Source of the DNA: an uncultured Clostridia bacterium
GTDB taxonomy: Bacteria > Bacillota > Clostridia > UMGS1810
Direction of reading: 5' to 3'
DNA length: 64,000 bases
NCBI GenBank assembly: GCA_934463115.1
Contig: CAKSIN010000010.1
Location: 3,239-67,238, forward strand
Made by a program: the position numbers and the translations under genes. Below, one piece after another: positions 37,848 to 47,859 of this stretch. The notes beneath the pieces were generated by a model. The model was not told the origin of the DNA, ran no database searches, and saw only the letters and a list, made by a program, of their open reading frames with translations. The stretch's first letter is position 1; each line of letters begins with the position of its first letter.

Positions 37848-38993
37848 ATGCCTATTGCAAATGTGCCCACAATACCGAGATATATAACTGTGCATCTCGG
37901 TGCACCGGGTTCCGACGCGCAAAATGTCACGGTGAGCTTTTCGCAGTATATAAAGAATGTTGCTTCCAGTGAGATTTATCCCACATGGCGCACGGCGGCA
38001 ATATACGCAAATATCTATGCACAGATATCCTATGCTCTCAACCGCGTGTACACAAGATTCTACCGCAACCAGGGATATAACTTTGATATTACGAGCTCAA
38101 CCGCCTACGACCAGAAATTTATCAACGGGCGTACAATATTTGAGAATATATCAAAGATTGTGGACGAGATTTTTACCACATACATACGGCGCATAAACTA
38201 CATCGAACCTCTTGCCGCAAAGTACTGCAACGGAACAACCGTAACATGCAACGGATTGTCTCAGTGGGGGAGCGAATACCTGGCAAGAGACGGCTACAGC
38301 AGTTTTGAAATACTCACATATTACTACGGCGACAATATTGAGCTTGTGCGCAATGCACCCATAGAGGATATATCTTCCATATACCCGGGAACCGCGCTCC
38401 GCCGCGGCGACAGCGGAGAGGCAGTGCGCGTAGTTCAAAATGCGCTCGATGTTGTGTCGAGAAATTATCCGGCGGTGCCGCGCGTAACGGTCGACGGGAT
38501 TTTCGGCGAGTCGACAGAAAACTCTGTCAGGACTTTTCAGAGAATTTTTAATCTTACATCGGACGGAGTTGTGGGCGAGGCAACATGGAACAAACTGTCG
38601 CTTTTGTATGTAGCTATTTTGCGGATTGCCGAGCTCGACAGCGAGGGGATTACACTGTTCGGCTCGTCGTTTGAATATCCGCAGGCGCTTCGGCGGGGCG
38701 ATTCCGGCAGAAGTGTTGTGATACTCCAATATATGCTCAATGTTGTAGCCGAATTTTACGACAGCGTTTCGTCTGCCGGCTCGAGCGGTGTGTTCGACGC
38801 GCAGACCGAAAATTCCGTTTTGTCATTTCAGCGTGCGTTTTCACTAAACCGCGACGGAGTGGTGGGCAGAGCAACATGGGATGCGCTTTACCGCGCGTAC
38901 AGCGGTATCTCCACAACGGTGCTTATACCGGACAGATCATCGCTTTCGTTCCCGGGCAGTACGGTGAGTACCGGCAATTCGGATTTTAGCTGA
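37848..38993 (+). CDS. sleC: Spore cortex-lytic enzyme SleC-like protein (catalytic region plus two PG_binding_1 repeats)
   Basis: GGAGG RBS. Contains YIKNVASSEIYPTW...YANIYAQISYALNRVYTRFYRNQGYNFDITSSTAYDQKF and two LRRGDSG...DGIFG...DGVVG repeats. Confidence 0.7.
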   Translation: MPIANVPTIPRYITVHLGAPGSDAQNVTVSFSQYIKNVASSEIYPTWRTAAIYANIYAQISYALNRVYTRFYRNQGYNFDITSSTAYDQKFINGRTIFENISKIVDEIFTTYIRRINYIEPLAAKYCNGTTVTCNGLSQWGSEYLARDGYSSFEILTYYYGDNIELVRNAPIEDISSIYPGTALRRGDSGEAVRVVQNALDVVSRNYPAVPRVTVDGIFGESTENSVRTFQRIFNLTSDGVVGEATWNKLSLLYVAILRIAELDSEGITLFGSSFEYPQALRRGDSGRSVVILQYMLNVVAEFYDSVSSAGSSGVFDAQTENSVLSFQRAFSLNRDGVVGRATWDALYRAYSGISTTVLIPDRSSLSFPGSTVSTGNSDFS

Positions 38994-39002
38994 TTTGGAG
39001 GG

Positions 39003-39545
39003 ATGATATTGGATAATTTACCCGTTAAAATAGTGACGGAAATTCAAAAAATGCTTCGCCTGATATCGTTTTACAATGATGATGTCCTGCCGGTAATTCC
39101 GGACGGACTGTTCGGCGATGATACAGCTCAGAGTGTAAGCAGTTTTCAAAATGCGTTTCTTATACCGCAGACAGGCGAGGTAGACAATCACACCTGGAAC
39201 AAAATAGTGGAGGAATACAAGCGGATTCTTGAGGACGAGAAGCTTATTGTCGGTACCGTTGTGTTTAATGAATCTCTGGGAGATATCTCTCCGGGTGAGG
39301 CAAATGCGGGATTGTATGTTATTCAGGCAATGCTGCTTGCACTGTCGGAGGAATTCGACAATATTGAGCGTGTGTATGTAACCGGTGTGCTGGATCGCGC
39401 TACGGAAAATGCCGTGCGCATGGTTCAGACAATCAGCGGAATCACTCCGAACGGTGTGATAGACCGCAACTTTGTGAATGTGCTCGGCAATCTCTACAAT
39501 GCGTTTATAACGCAAAATCATGTTCGCTCGCAGGCCGACGGTTAG
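39003..39545 (+). CDS. Peptidoglycan-binding (PG_binding_1) domain protein
   Basis: Two PG-binding repeats (PDGLFGDDTAQSVSSFQNAFLIPQTGEVD and TGVLDRATENAVRMVQTISGITPNGVID). Confidence 0.65.
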   Translation: MILDNLPVKIVTEIQKMLRLISFYNDDVLPVIPDGLFGDDTAQSVSSFQNAFLIPQTGEVDNHTWNKIVEEYKRILEDEKLIVGTVVFNESLGDISPGEANAGLYVIQAMLLALSEEFDNIERVYVTGVLDRATENAVRMVQTISGITPNGVIDRNFVNVLGNLYNAFITQNHVRSQADG

Positions 39546-39591
39546 TAACATTGACATCGGAGCCGACATATAATATCAATAAAAGAAGGGA

Positions 39592-39798
39592 ATGACTGGT
39601 ATGCGGGGCAAAAAATGCGGCGACGGAATCAGAAATTTTTGCCGTCGGATAGGCAAGGGAATCGTGATATATTGTATTCTCGGATTCACCGTCGGAATGC
39701 TCATGGCTATGTTTTTTCCGCCGGCTGTAATTGCGGTTGCGGAATGTATTATGCTTATTTTTCTTTGCGTTTGCCTTTATAACAGCAGCCTTTTTTGA
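39592..39798 (+). CDS. Hypothetical small membrane protein
   Basis: 68 aa with a basic N-terminus and two TM segments. No family recognised. Confidence 0.4.
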   Translation: MTGMRGKKCGDGIRNFCRRIGKGIVIYCILGFTVGMLMAMFFPPAVIAVAECIMLIFLCVCLYNSSLF

Positions 39799-39825
39799 AT
39801 TATATGCCGAAAGAGGGTGTCGGAC

Positions 39826-39897
39826 TTGAAGGTGGTTGTCCTTAATTTTCCGGGTTTTGTAAAGAATTTTTTGAAAAAAATATTTAGGGTTACATAG
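39826..39897 (+). CDS. spoVM: Stage V sporulation protein M-like micro-ORF (23 aa, TTG start)
   Basis: AGAGGGTG RBS 6 nt upstream of TTG. (M)KVVVLNFPGFVKNFLKKIFRVT has the amphipathic pattern of SpoVM (B. subtilis MKFYTIKLPKFLGGIVRAMLGSFRKD, from memory). Confidence 0.55.
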   Translation: MKVVVLNFPGFVKNFLKKIFRVT

Positions 39898-39960
39898 GAT
39901 GGTAATGCGTTAATCCCCTTGTAAATACTGCTATCGGTACTTACAGGGGGATTATTAGTA

Positions 39961-40299
39961 CTATTTTATACTGCACGACTTGGCATATGCGGCAATTAAA
40001 TCTTCCGCACATTTGGATTGCTCCGGAGTCATTTTCGACAGATATTTATTTAGGGAGTTGTTTTTATCGCGCGTTGCAGTTCCGAAAAGCAGGTAATCAG
40101 CATCGGTGTCGAGTACGGTGCATAACTGCATTAATCTGTGTACGGATATTCCGCACATACCTCTCTCAATATCACTTATTTGTTGAGCACTTCCCAAATT
40201 CAATTTTTCAGCAAGTCCCTCTTGGGTGATGCCTTTTGCTGTGCGTATATCCTTTATTCGCGAGCCGATTGCAGCATTGTTGCTGTCCTTTTGCCTCAT
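39961..40299 (-). CDS. XRE-family helix-turn-helix transcriptional regulator
   Basis: HTH_3 pattern (IGSRIKDIRTAKGITQEGLAEKLNLGSAQQISDIERG). Confidence 0.8.
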   Translation of the reverse strand: MRQKDSNNAAIGSRIKDIRTAKGITQEGLAEKLNLGSAQQISDIERGMCGISVHRLMQLCTVLDTDADYLLFGTATRDKNNSLNKYLSKMTPEQSKCAEDLIAAYAKSCSIK

Positions 40300-40476
40300 A
40301 GTTCATCACCTTTCTAAATGTGCTAACATTATTATAGTGTTTAAAGTTTTAATTATGAATAGTGTGAAGACATTAAACTAAGTATAATACATTTATAATA
40401 TTATAAAGCTGTAAATGTATTCAATAAATAAAATTAGTCAGCCGATAAATTTAAAATTTTTGGTATGTGTCCTGTT

Positions 40477-40509
40477 TTTACATTTTTCGATTCCGAAATG
40501 TGGTACAAT
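40477..40509 (+). promoter_or_regulatory. spoIIG-type promoter with an over-long spacer and 0A-box-like sequences
   Basis: TTTACA (40477-40482), 21-nt spacer, TACAAT (40504-40509). The spacer contains TTCGATT and TCCGAAA, which are partial matches to the Spo0A box TTCGACA/TGTCGAA. Confidence 0.4.
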
Positions 40510-40523
40510 AATTAAAAAAAGCG

Positions 40524-41384
40524 GTGAGTGACACGTACAGCGTATACATAGATGTTCTGTTTTTTGTAAATGTAATGATAAACACTGTAATACTTTTATC
40601 GACGGCAACCGTTCTTAAAATAAAATATTCCTCTTTCAGAATATTTATCGGAGCGGTTATCGGCGCGGTATATGCATGCGTTGTTTTTTTCCCGGAGATT
40701 CGCTTTATATATTCTGTCATGTTCAAAGCGGCAGCGGCAATGATTATATGTGTGATTTCTTTTGCCCCGAAAACATTCCGCCAATGCATAATATACACAG
40801 CGGCTTTTTATGCCACGACGGCTTTTTTCGGTGTCGCGGCGCTGGCGCTTTTATATTTTACGGATATCGGAATACGTCTCGGAGGGGTTATAAGCAACGG
40901 AGTATTCTATTTTAATATTCCGATTTCGTATTTGATTTTTTCGTGCGCGGTGTCTTATGCGGCAATATGCATAGGAGACAGAATGCTGAAAAGGCGAAGC
41001 CGGCGCAGATACTCGGTGATAACGATATCCAAGGGAGGCAGAAGCGTTAGTCTGCGCGCTTTGGTGGATACGGGCAATATGCTTAGGGATCCCATAAGCG
41101 GCAAGGCGGTTATTATTGCAGATGTGCATGCCGTGGCTCCGCTTTTTGAATTTGATGTTGAAAAGTACACGGATGCCGACAGCGAATTTGTCTCGCTGCC
41201 GCCGGGGTTTCGGTTGATACCATTTTCCTCGGTGGGGAAAAGCAACGGTCTGATGATTGCATTTGTGCCGGATTGTGTTAAAATAGATGACAATGTGCGT
41301 TCGGATATTGTAACGGCGCTGTGCGGCGGTGTTCTGTCAAAAAATCGTGATTATGACGCATTGCTGAGTCTGGAGGCACTTTGA
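40524..41384 (+). CDS. spoIIGA: Sigma-E processing peptidase SpoIIGA
   Basis: Five N-terminal TM segments and a C-terminal aspartic protease motif ([15 protein letters not shown]). Directly upstream of sigE. GTG start. Confidence 0.9.
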   Translation: MSDTYSVYIDVLFFVNVMINTVILLSTATVLKIKYSSFRIFIGAVIGAVYACVVFFPEIRFIYSVMFKAAAAMIICVISFAPKTFRQCIIYTAAFYATTAFFGVAALALLYFTDIGIRLGGVISNGVFYFNIPISYLIFSCAVSYAAICIGDRMLKRRSRRRYSVITISKGGRSVSLRALVDTGNMLRDPISGKAVIIADVHAVAPLFEFDVEKYTDADSEFVSLPPGFRLIPFSSVGKSNGLMIAFVPDCVKIDDNVRSDIVTALCGGVLSKNRDYDALLSLEAL

Positions 41385-41415
41385 AATATATTATGTTGGA
41401 AAGGATGTATGCACT

Positions 41416-42123
41416 ATGATACGTACTATTTCAGATAAAATTCGAAAAATTATAAATGATATTCTGTATTCGCGTGAAATACACTACATAGGAAGCAGCA
41501 CAACACTTCCGCCTCCGCTCTCGGCAGAGGAAGAGGCAAAATTGCTGGAGATATACGCAACCGATCCGAAAAAAGTCCGCGGAGAACTGATAGAACGTAA
41601 TCTGAGACTTGTGGTGTATATCGCAAAGAAGTTTGAAAACACGGGAATAAATGTTGAAGATTTGATAAGCATAGGCACAATAGGCCTTATAAAAGCAATA
41701 AACACATTTAATACCGGCAAAAATATTAAACTTGCGACATACGCATCGCGCTGTATTGAAAACGAGATACTGATGTATCTTCGGAAAAACAGCAACAGAA
41801 AAACCGAGATATCCATTGATGAACCGCTCAATGTAGATTGGGACGGGAACGAGCTGCTTTTGTCCGATATACTCGGAACCGACAACGATATGATTTATCA
41901 GGAGATAGAATCGGAAGTCGACAAACAGCTGCTTTCCATTGCAATGAAGCGCTTAACCCCGCGCGAACGCAATATTATGGAACTGAGGTTCGGAATGAAC
42001 AGCAAACCGTCGAAAACACAAAAGGAGGTTGCCGACATTCTCGGTATCAGTCAGTCGTATATTTCACGGCTCGAAAAAAAGATAATTGAACGGCTGAAAA
42101 AGGAAATAACAAAAATGGTCTAA
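41416..42123 (+). CDS. sigE: RNA polymerase sporulation sigma factor SigE (pro-sigma-E)
   Basis: 235 aa with a pro-sequence, then [17 protein letters not shown] and regions 2 and 4 ([39 protein letters not shown]). Confidence 0.9.
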   Translation: MIRTISDKIRKIINDILYSREIHYIGSSTTLPPPLSAEEEAKLLEIYATDPKKVRGELIERNLRLVVYIAKKFENTGINVEDLISIGTIGLIKAINTFNTGKNIKLATYASRCIENEILMYLRKNSNRKTEISIDEPLNVDWDGNELLLSDILGTDNDMIYQEIESEVDKQLLSIAMKRLTPRERNIMELRFGMNSKPSKTQKEVADILGISQSYISRLEKKIIERLKKEITKMV

Positions 42124-43004
42124 AATTCCGAAACCGCAATTCCTCCGAGCGTTACCGCCATTCCCAAAAGCGCGGCTGCACCGATTTCACCCTTGTAGGC
42201 AATTGACTGCGCCGCAAGAGTGATTATGGGCATAACGAACAGATACTTGCTTGTGATGGTTGCGCCGAGGTTTTGCACAGAGCGGTTCCATGTGGCAAAG
42301 CATATTGCCGAAGCAAATATTCCGAGAAACGCAAGGTAGATTATTACCTGAGTGTCGGCGAGTGCACTGAAATTTGTCGGGGTATGCTTAAATATCATAA
42401 ACGGGAGCATAACGAGCAGCGAATACAGAAACAGCCTGCGCGTTATCATAAACTGGGGATAGCCGAAATTTGATATTTTCTTTACGATTATTGAGTATAC
42501 TGCCCAGAGCCATATTGACGCAAAAATAATCAAATCGCCTTTTAATCCGGTGTCGATGGTTTTGGAATCTCCGAAACATATCAGAAATACACCGCCCAGG
42601 GAAATTATCATTCCGATAAGGTTTTTGCGTGTGAACTTTTCGCTTAAATATATGCTCGCCAGGATGGCTGTAAACAAAGGCGCTGCCGCCGTGATAAACG
42701 ACACGCTCGCCGGGCTTGTGTACAGTACCGATAAGTTTTCCAGATACTGATACAGCGCAGCTCCGGACATGGCGGCGGCAAAAATATACAGCTCGCGCTT
42801 TGCCCCGGCAAAACGAAACGGGTGCGGACACAAAATCCAAAGTACTATGTATGCGGTAAGATAGCGGAAGAACAGTATTTCAAGTGCCGAAAACTTATTC
42901 TCCAGGTGTTTTGTGCACACAAATGTTATTCCCCATATAAAAATTGTAAAAAAAGCTATTGCATGATCCGTTAATTTTTTTCGGTTAATTTTGTTTGATT
43001 TCAT
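42120..43004 (-). CDS. DMT-superfamily (EamA) transporter
   Basis: 294 aa, 10 TM segments, duplicated EamA pattern. Confidence 0.8.
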   Translation of the reverse strand: MKSNKINRKKLTDHAIAFFTIFIWGITFVCTKHLENKFSALEILFFRYLTAYIVLWILCPHPFRFAGAKRELYIFAAAMSGAALYQYLENLSVLYTSPASVSFITAAAPLFTAILASIYLSEKFTRKNLIGMIISLGGVFLICFGDSKTIDTGLKGDLIIFASIWLWAVYSIIVKKISNFGYPQFMITRRLFLYSLLVMLPFMIFKHTPTNFSALADTQVIIYLAFLGIFASAICFATWNRSVQNLGATITSKYLFVMPIITLAAQSIAYKGEIGAAALLGMAVTLGGIAVSEF

Positions 43005-43072
43005 ATTGCCGTCTCCGATGTTCCTTTTCGGCTATTATATCAAAATCATCATATTGTGTCAATCGGCGGTTA

Positions 43073-43822
43073 CTACAGAAATTTAATATTGGCATACTCT
43101 TTTTCAAGATATTTGCCTATATCTATATCGCTTATCACGTGTGTAAGCGATTCAATTTTGCAAAGCCTGTAGGCGGAATAATGATTTATTTTGCTGTTGT
43201 CACACAAAAAAACCTTTTTTTCCGAGTTTTGAATCATAAGTCTCCGCGGCTGTATTTCGTTTGCAAAACAATCATACAGAACACCGTCGCGCGTGAGCGA
43301 CTGCACAGAGAAAAAACAGCAGTCGGCATGGAATGAGCGTATAAATTCCTCGGTGTGTGTTCCAACACAGCAGGAGCGGTTTTCTGCATTGAGGTGACCG
43401 CCGGCAAAATATGAATTTATCCCGTATTCCGAGCATAATGTCATGCCGGCGAGGCTGTTTGTAATAACAGTTAAATCCTTGATATTTTTGAGAAATCCGA
43501 GCATAAAGTACGTGCTGGTGGAGCTGTCCAGAAAAATAACATCCCCGGGGTGAACAAGTGAGCTTGCCTTTGACGCCACATTCAGCTTTTCCTCCGTGTT
43601 TTTGTGGCTGCGCAGGAAAAACGGAATCTGTTTGTTCAGTGATTCCTTAATTTCCGCTCCGCCGTAGCTTCGGGTTATCATTCCTTTCATTTCGAGCCGT
43701 GCCAGGTCGCGCCGTATGCTTGAAGGACTTATGTGAATTGCCTTTGATAAATATTCCACCGTGGCATATGTGTTTTGTTCGAGTAGCGCCATTATTTCTT
43801 TTTCACGTTCGTTACTGTACAT
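43073..43822 (-). CDS. DeoR/GlpR family transcriptional regulator
   Basis: Start at ATG 43822 (MYSNEREKEIMALLEQNTYATVEYLSKAIHISPSSIRRDLARLE) with a DeoR C-terminal sensor domain. Confidence 0.85.
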   Translation of the reverse strand: MYSNEREKEIMALLEQNTYATVEYLSKAIHISPSSIRRDLARLEMKGMITRSYGGAEIKESLNKQIPFFLRSHKNTEEKLNVASKASSLVHPGDVIFLDSSTSTYFMLGFLKNIKDLTVITNSLAGMTLCSEYGINSYFAGGHLNAENRSCCVGTHTEEFIRSFHADCCFFSVQSLTRDGVLYDCFANEIQPRRLMIQNSEKKVFLCDNSKINHYSAYRLCKIESLTHVISDIDIGKYLEKEYANIKFL

Positions 43823-43970
43823 GATATAAATCAACCCCTTTTTTGCGCACTCTTGCGCAATTATCATAAAAATACATAAAAATTTCCTATTTTTCCGCCG
43901 ATGTTGATTTTTGTTGCGTATTAATTATATAATAAATGTGTAAATTTGTAAAGAGTCGGAGATGAATTTT

Positions 43971-45407
43971 ATGTATGATATAGCAATAGTGGGCGGCGGT
44001 GTTGTCGGAGCGCTCACGGCGCGCGAACTTATGAGGTACAATGTCAGTGTTTGTGTCCTTGAAAAAGAAAACGATGTTGCCTGCGGTGCTACAAAAGCTA
44101 ATTCGGCAATTGTTCATGCAGGGTTTGACGCGCACCCCGGCACACTGAAGGCAAAACTGAATGTCCGCGGCTCACAAATGATGCCGTTTGTTGTGGCAGA
44201 ACTTGGAGTCAAATACAAAAACAACGGTTCCCTCGTTGTCGGTTATTGCGATGATGACATTGCCGTGCTCAATGAACTGCTTGAACGCGGCAACAAAAAC
44301 GGAGTTACGGGACTCAGACTGATAGACGCAGACGAATTGCACGGTATGGAACCGAACTTGTCCGCCAAAGCCATATGTGCGCTGTACGCGCCGAGCGGTG
44401 CAATTGTATGCCCGTATGAACTGTGTATCGCCGCAATGGGTAACGCTATGGACAACGGCGCTGAACTTATATGCGGATTCGAGGTAAAGGATATAGAATC
44501 GGCAGACGGCGGATATATCGTTAAATCCGACCGCAGTGAAATCCGTGCAAGATGCATTGTAAATGCCGCCGGAATGTATGCGGACAACGTGGCAAAAATG
44601 ATTGGTGACGAATCATTCAACATACACCCGAGGCGCGGAGAATATATTCTGCTGGACAAAGAGTGCGGAAATATTACAAACTGCACCGTGTTCCAAACAC
44701 CTACCGCAAGAGGAAAGGGAATACTTGTTTCGCCGACGGTTGACGGTAATTATATTTTCGGACCTACGGCTGTGGATATATGCGACAAAGAGGACAAGAG
44801 CACAACGCAATCCGGATTTTCGAAAATACTTTCCGAAGTATCGGGAGTGCTTGCACAAATTCCGCGCGGCAAGGCGATAACGTCGTTTTGCGGTTTGCGC
44901 GCTGTCGGGAACACGGGCGACTTTATAATAAATATCCGCGGCGGAAACTTTGTAAACGTTGCGGGAATAGAATCTCCGGGACTCTCGGCATCTCCGGCAA
45001 TAGCGGAATATGTTGCCGAACTGCTTAAGGGCAGCGGCATACTCAAGGAAAAAAATAAATCGTTTGATCCGATTCGCACGCCGTCACACCTGTTTCGGAA
45101 CGCGCCGGATGAAATAAAGAACGAAATGATTAAGGCGCGCCCGGATTACGGCAAAATCGTATGCCGATGTGAACAGGTTACGGAGGGCGAAATCGTTGAC
45201 GCAATACGCACCAATCCGCCTGCGCACGATATTGACGGAATAAAACGCAGGACGCGCGCAGGCATGGGAAGGTGTCAGAGCGGATTTTGCATGCCGTATG
45301 TTGCAAAAATCCTGTCCCGCGAACTGAATATTCCTCTTGAACATGTAACTAAAAGCGGCGGAAAATCAAATATAATAATCGGTAGAACAAAGGGTGAACA
45401 GAGATGA
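43971..45407 (+). CDS. FAD-dependent glycerol-3-phosphate dehydrogenase-like oxidoreductase with a BFD-like [2Fe-2S] domain
   Basis: DIAIVGGGVVG dinucleotide fold and a C-terminal CRCEQVTEGEI...GRCQSGFC. The start is ATG 43971 (ATG 43962 is too close to the SD). Confidence 0.8.
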   Translation: MYDIAIVGGGVVGALTARELMRYNVSVCVLEKENDVACGATKANSAIVHAGFDAHPGTLKAKLNVRGSQMMPFVVAELGVKYKNNGSLVVGYCDDDIAVLNELLERGNKNGVTGLRLIDADELHGMEPNLSAKAICALYAPSGAIVCPYELCIAAMGNAMDNGAELICGFEVKDIESADGGYIVKSDRSEIRARCIVNAAGMYADNVAKMIGDESFNIHPRRGEYILLDKECGNITNCTVFQTPTARGKGILVSPTVDGNYIFGPTAVDICDKEDKSTTQSGFSKILSEVSGVLAQIPRGKAITSFCGLRAVGNTGDFIINIRGGNFVNVAGIESPGLSASPAIAEYVAELLKGSGILKEKNKSFDPIRTPSHLFRNAPDEIKNEMIKARPDYGKIVCRCEQVTEGEIVDAIRTNPPAHDIDGIKRRTRAGMGRCQSGFCMPYVAKILSRELNIPLEHVTKSGGKSNIIIGRTKGEQR

Positions 45408-46642
45408 AAGAACTTGTAATAATCGGAGGCGGCCCGGCAGGCATGGCAGCTGCCGTATCGGCATATGAACACGGGATTCGCGATATACTCATTCTGGAAC
45501 GCGACGAACACCTCGGCGGAATATTGCAGCAGTGTATTCACAACGGGTTCGGATTGCATAAATTCGGCGAGGAACTCACCGGGCCGGAGTATGCGGCAAA
45601 ATACGAGGATAAAATTAACAAATACAATATAGAATATCTTTTGGAAACAATGGTGCTCAATATTTCGCACGATAAAACAATTACGGCAATAAATCGCAAA
45701 AACGGAATTTTTTCGATAAAAGCCAAGGCGGTAATCCTGGCAATGGGCTGCAGAGAGAGGTCAAAGGGTGCTCTTAATATACCGGGCAGCCGTCCGTCGG
45801 GAATCTACAGCGCCGGGTGCGCACAGAAACTTGTTAATATTGAGGGGTATATGCCCGGGAAAAACGTTGTTATCCTCGGCTCGGGAGATATCGGATTGAT
45901 TATGGCGCGGCGAATGACGCTCGAAGGCGCAAAGGTTCATGCGGTATGCGAGGTTATGCCGTATTCAGGCGGTCTTGCCAGAAATATCGAACAGTGTCTG
46001 AACGACTTTGGCATTCCGCTGTATCTGAGCCACACCGTTACCGAAATTCACGGCAGGGAGCGGCTTGAGGGCGTAACAATATCACAGGTGGATGAGTCGC
46101 GCATGCCAATTGCCGGCAGTGAGCGGTATATTGAGTGTGACACACTGCTTCTGTCTGTCGGGCTGATACCGGAAAACGAATTGACAAAGGGCGCCGGTGC
46201 TTGCATGAGCCCGATTACAAACGGCGCTGTGACAGACCAGGACAGGCAGACGGATGTAAGCGGAATATTTGCATGCGGAAATGTTTTGCATGTTCACGAT
46301 TTGGCGGATTATGTTTCGGAAGAGGCGGAAATTGCCGGGTTTGCTGCGGCCGAATATATTTGCGGAAATCTTTCGCAAACGCAAAACACGGCAATTGAAA
46401 CCGACGGAAAGGTGCGATACACCGTTCCGCAGAGAATAACCGCCGCAAAGGATACCGCCATTTTTCTCAGAGTGGGTAATGTTTATCGCAACTGCTGTAT
46501 AAATGTTTTGTCGGACGGAGAAAAAATATGTTCGAAGAAGATGATTAAGGCGGCGCCGGGCGAAATGATACGAATCAATTTAAAAGGTGCGGCGATAAAA
46601 GGCGCAAATAAGATTAAATTTGAATTGGAGGAATCCGAATGA
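45404..46642 (+). CDS. FAD/NAD(P)-dependent pyridine nucleotide-disulfide oxidoreductase (second subunit of the clostridial glycerol-3-P dehydrogenase-like cluster)
   Basis: Contains VIIGGGPAGMAAA and ILGSGDIGL Rossmann motifs. Start and stop overlap the flanking genes. Confidence 0.8.
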   Translation: MKELVIIGGGPAGMAAAVSAYEHGIRDILILERDEHLGGILQQCIHNGFGLHKFGEELTGPEYAAKYEDKINKYNIEYLLETMVLNISHDKTITAINRKNGIFSIKAKAVILAMGCRERSKGALNIPGSRPSGIYSAGCAQKLVNIEGYMPGKNVVILGSGDIGLIMARRMTLEGAKVHAVCEVMPYSGGLARNIEQCLNDFGIPLYLSHTVTEIHGRERLEGVTISQVDESRMPIAGSERYIECDTLLLSVGLIPENELTKGAGACMSPITNGAVTDQDRQTDVSGIFACGNVLHVHDLADYVSEEAEIAGFAAAEYICGNLSQTQNTAIETDGKVRYTVPQRITAAKDTAIFLRVGNVYRNCCINVLSDGEKICSKKMIKAAPGEMIRINLKGAAIKGANKIKFELEESE

Positions 46643-46995
46643 CACGGAATATGACATGCATAGTTTGCCCGATGGGGTGCAGTATTACCGTTGAGACGGA
46701 AGACGGCATTATACAGAATATTAGCGGAAACAGCTGTCCGCGCGGCGCACAGTATGCAAAAAGCGAGTGTACAAATCCCACACGCACCGTAACCACCACT
46801 GCAATGGGATCGGACGGATATCCGATACCGGTTAAAACCGACCGTCCTATTCCAAAAGATAAAATCCGTGAGTGCATGGATATAATAAACAGGATTGTTG
46901 TAGACGTTCCGGTAAAAATAGGTGATGTGGCGGCGAAAGATGTTTTTGGGAGCAACATAGTTGTTACGGCAAACCACGGAGGAAAATTATGGTGA
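46639..46995 (+). CDS. DUF1667 domain protein
   Basis: 118 aa (CIVCPMGCSITVE...CPRGAQY). Usual third gene of this cluster. Confidence 0.8.
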   Translation: MTRNMTCIVCPMGCSITVETEDGIIQNISGNSCPRGAQYAKSECTNPTRTVTTTAMGSDGYPIPVKTDRPIPKDKIRECMDIINRIVVDVPVKIGDVAAKDVFGSNIVVTANHGGKLW

Positions 46996-47777
46996 ATCTC
47001 GGAGATAAAAAATTATTTCTGCTCGATATGGACGGCACAATATACCTTGGAAATAAGCTGTTTGACGGCACAACCGATTTTTTGAACAATGTTTTAACGC
47101 ACGGCGGAAGATATGTTTTTGTTACAAACAATTCTTCGAAAAGTGTGGACGCTTATGTTGAAAAGCTGCGTGGTATCGGCATAGAATCGACGGCAGAAGA
47201 TTTTCTGACTTCGGCAGACGTAACGGCGGTTTATCTTAAAGAAAAGGGATATAAAAAGATATATGTTCTCGGAACAAAATCTCTTATATCGCAGCTTAGC
47301 GGAGCGGCACTCCCGGTCACGGACGCGCTGTGTGATGATATTGATTGCCTTTGTATGGGTTTTGATACGGAACTTACGTTCAAAAAGCTTGAGGACGCAT
47401 GCAAAATATTGGGCAGGGATGTTGACTATATTGCCACAAACCCCGATTTGGTTTGCCCCACGGAGTACGGCTATGTTCCCGACTGCGGTTCTGTAAGTGA
47501 AATGCTGTACAATGCGACAAGGCGGCGCCCGATATTCATCGGCAAGCCGAGCCCTCAGATGCCGCTTGCCGCAATGAAAAAATTCGGCTGTACAAAAGAG
47601 GAAACGGTCGTTGTCGGCGACAGGCTGTACACAGACATTGCCTGCGGTGTAAATGCCGGTGTAGACACGGTGTTTGTATTAAGCGGCGAGGGCACGCTTG
47701 CCGATGCGGAAAAGAGTGATGCAAAACCGACATATATATACAATAACATACGCGCCATGACAGATGATATATTTTAA
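46989..47777 (+). CDS. HAD-IIA family hydrolase (NagD-like sugar phosphatase)
   Basis: DMDGT motif I, VTNNS motif II and a GDRLYTDI C-terminal motif. Confidence 0.8.
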   Translation: MVNLGDKKLFLLDMDGTIYLGNKLFDGTTDFLNNVLTHGGRYVFVTNNSSKSVDAYVEKLRGIGIESTAEDFLTSADVTAVYLKEKGYKKIYVLGTKSLISQLSGAALPVTDALCDDIDCLCMGFDTELTFKKLEDACKILGRDVDYIATNPDLVCPTEYGYVPDCGSVSEMLYNATRRRPIFIGKPSPQMPLAAMKKFGCTKEETVVVGDRLYTDIACGVNAGVDTVFVLSGEGTLADAEKSDAKPTYIYNNIRAMTDDIF

Positions 47778-47804
47778 TATTTTACACAAATTGCAAATTA
47801 ATAC

Positions 47805-47833
47805 TTGACAAAATTCGGTTTTTGAGCTATCAT
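47805..47833 (+). promoter_or_regulatory. Sigma-A-like promoter of the tRNA pair
   Basis: TTGACA (47805-47810), 17-nt spacer, TATCAT (47828-47833). Confidence 0.55.
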
Positions 47834-47859
47834 ATATAAGTGCTCCAAGTGGTTAGTAC

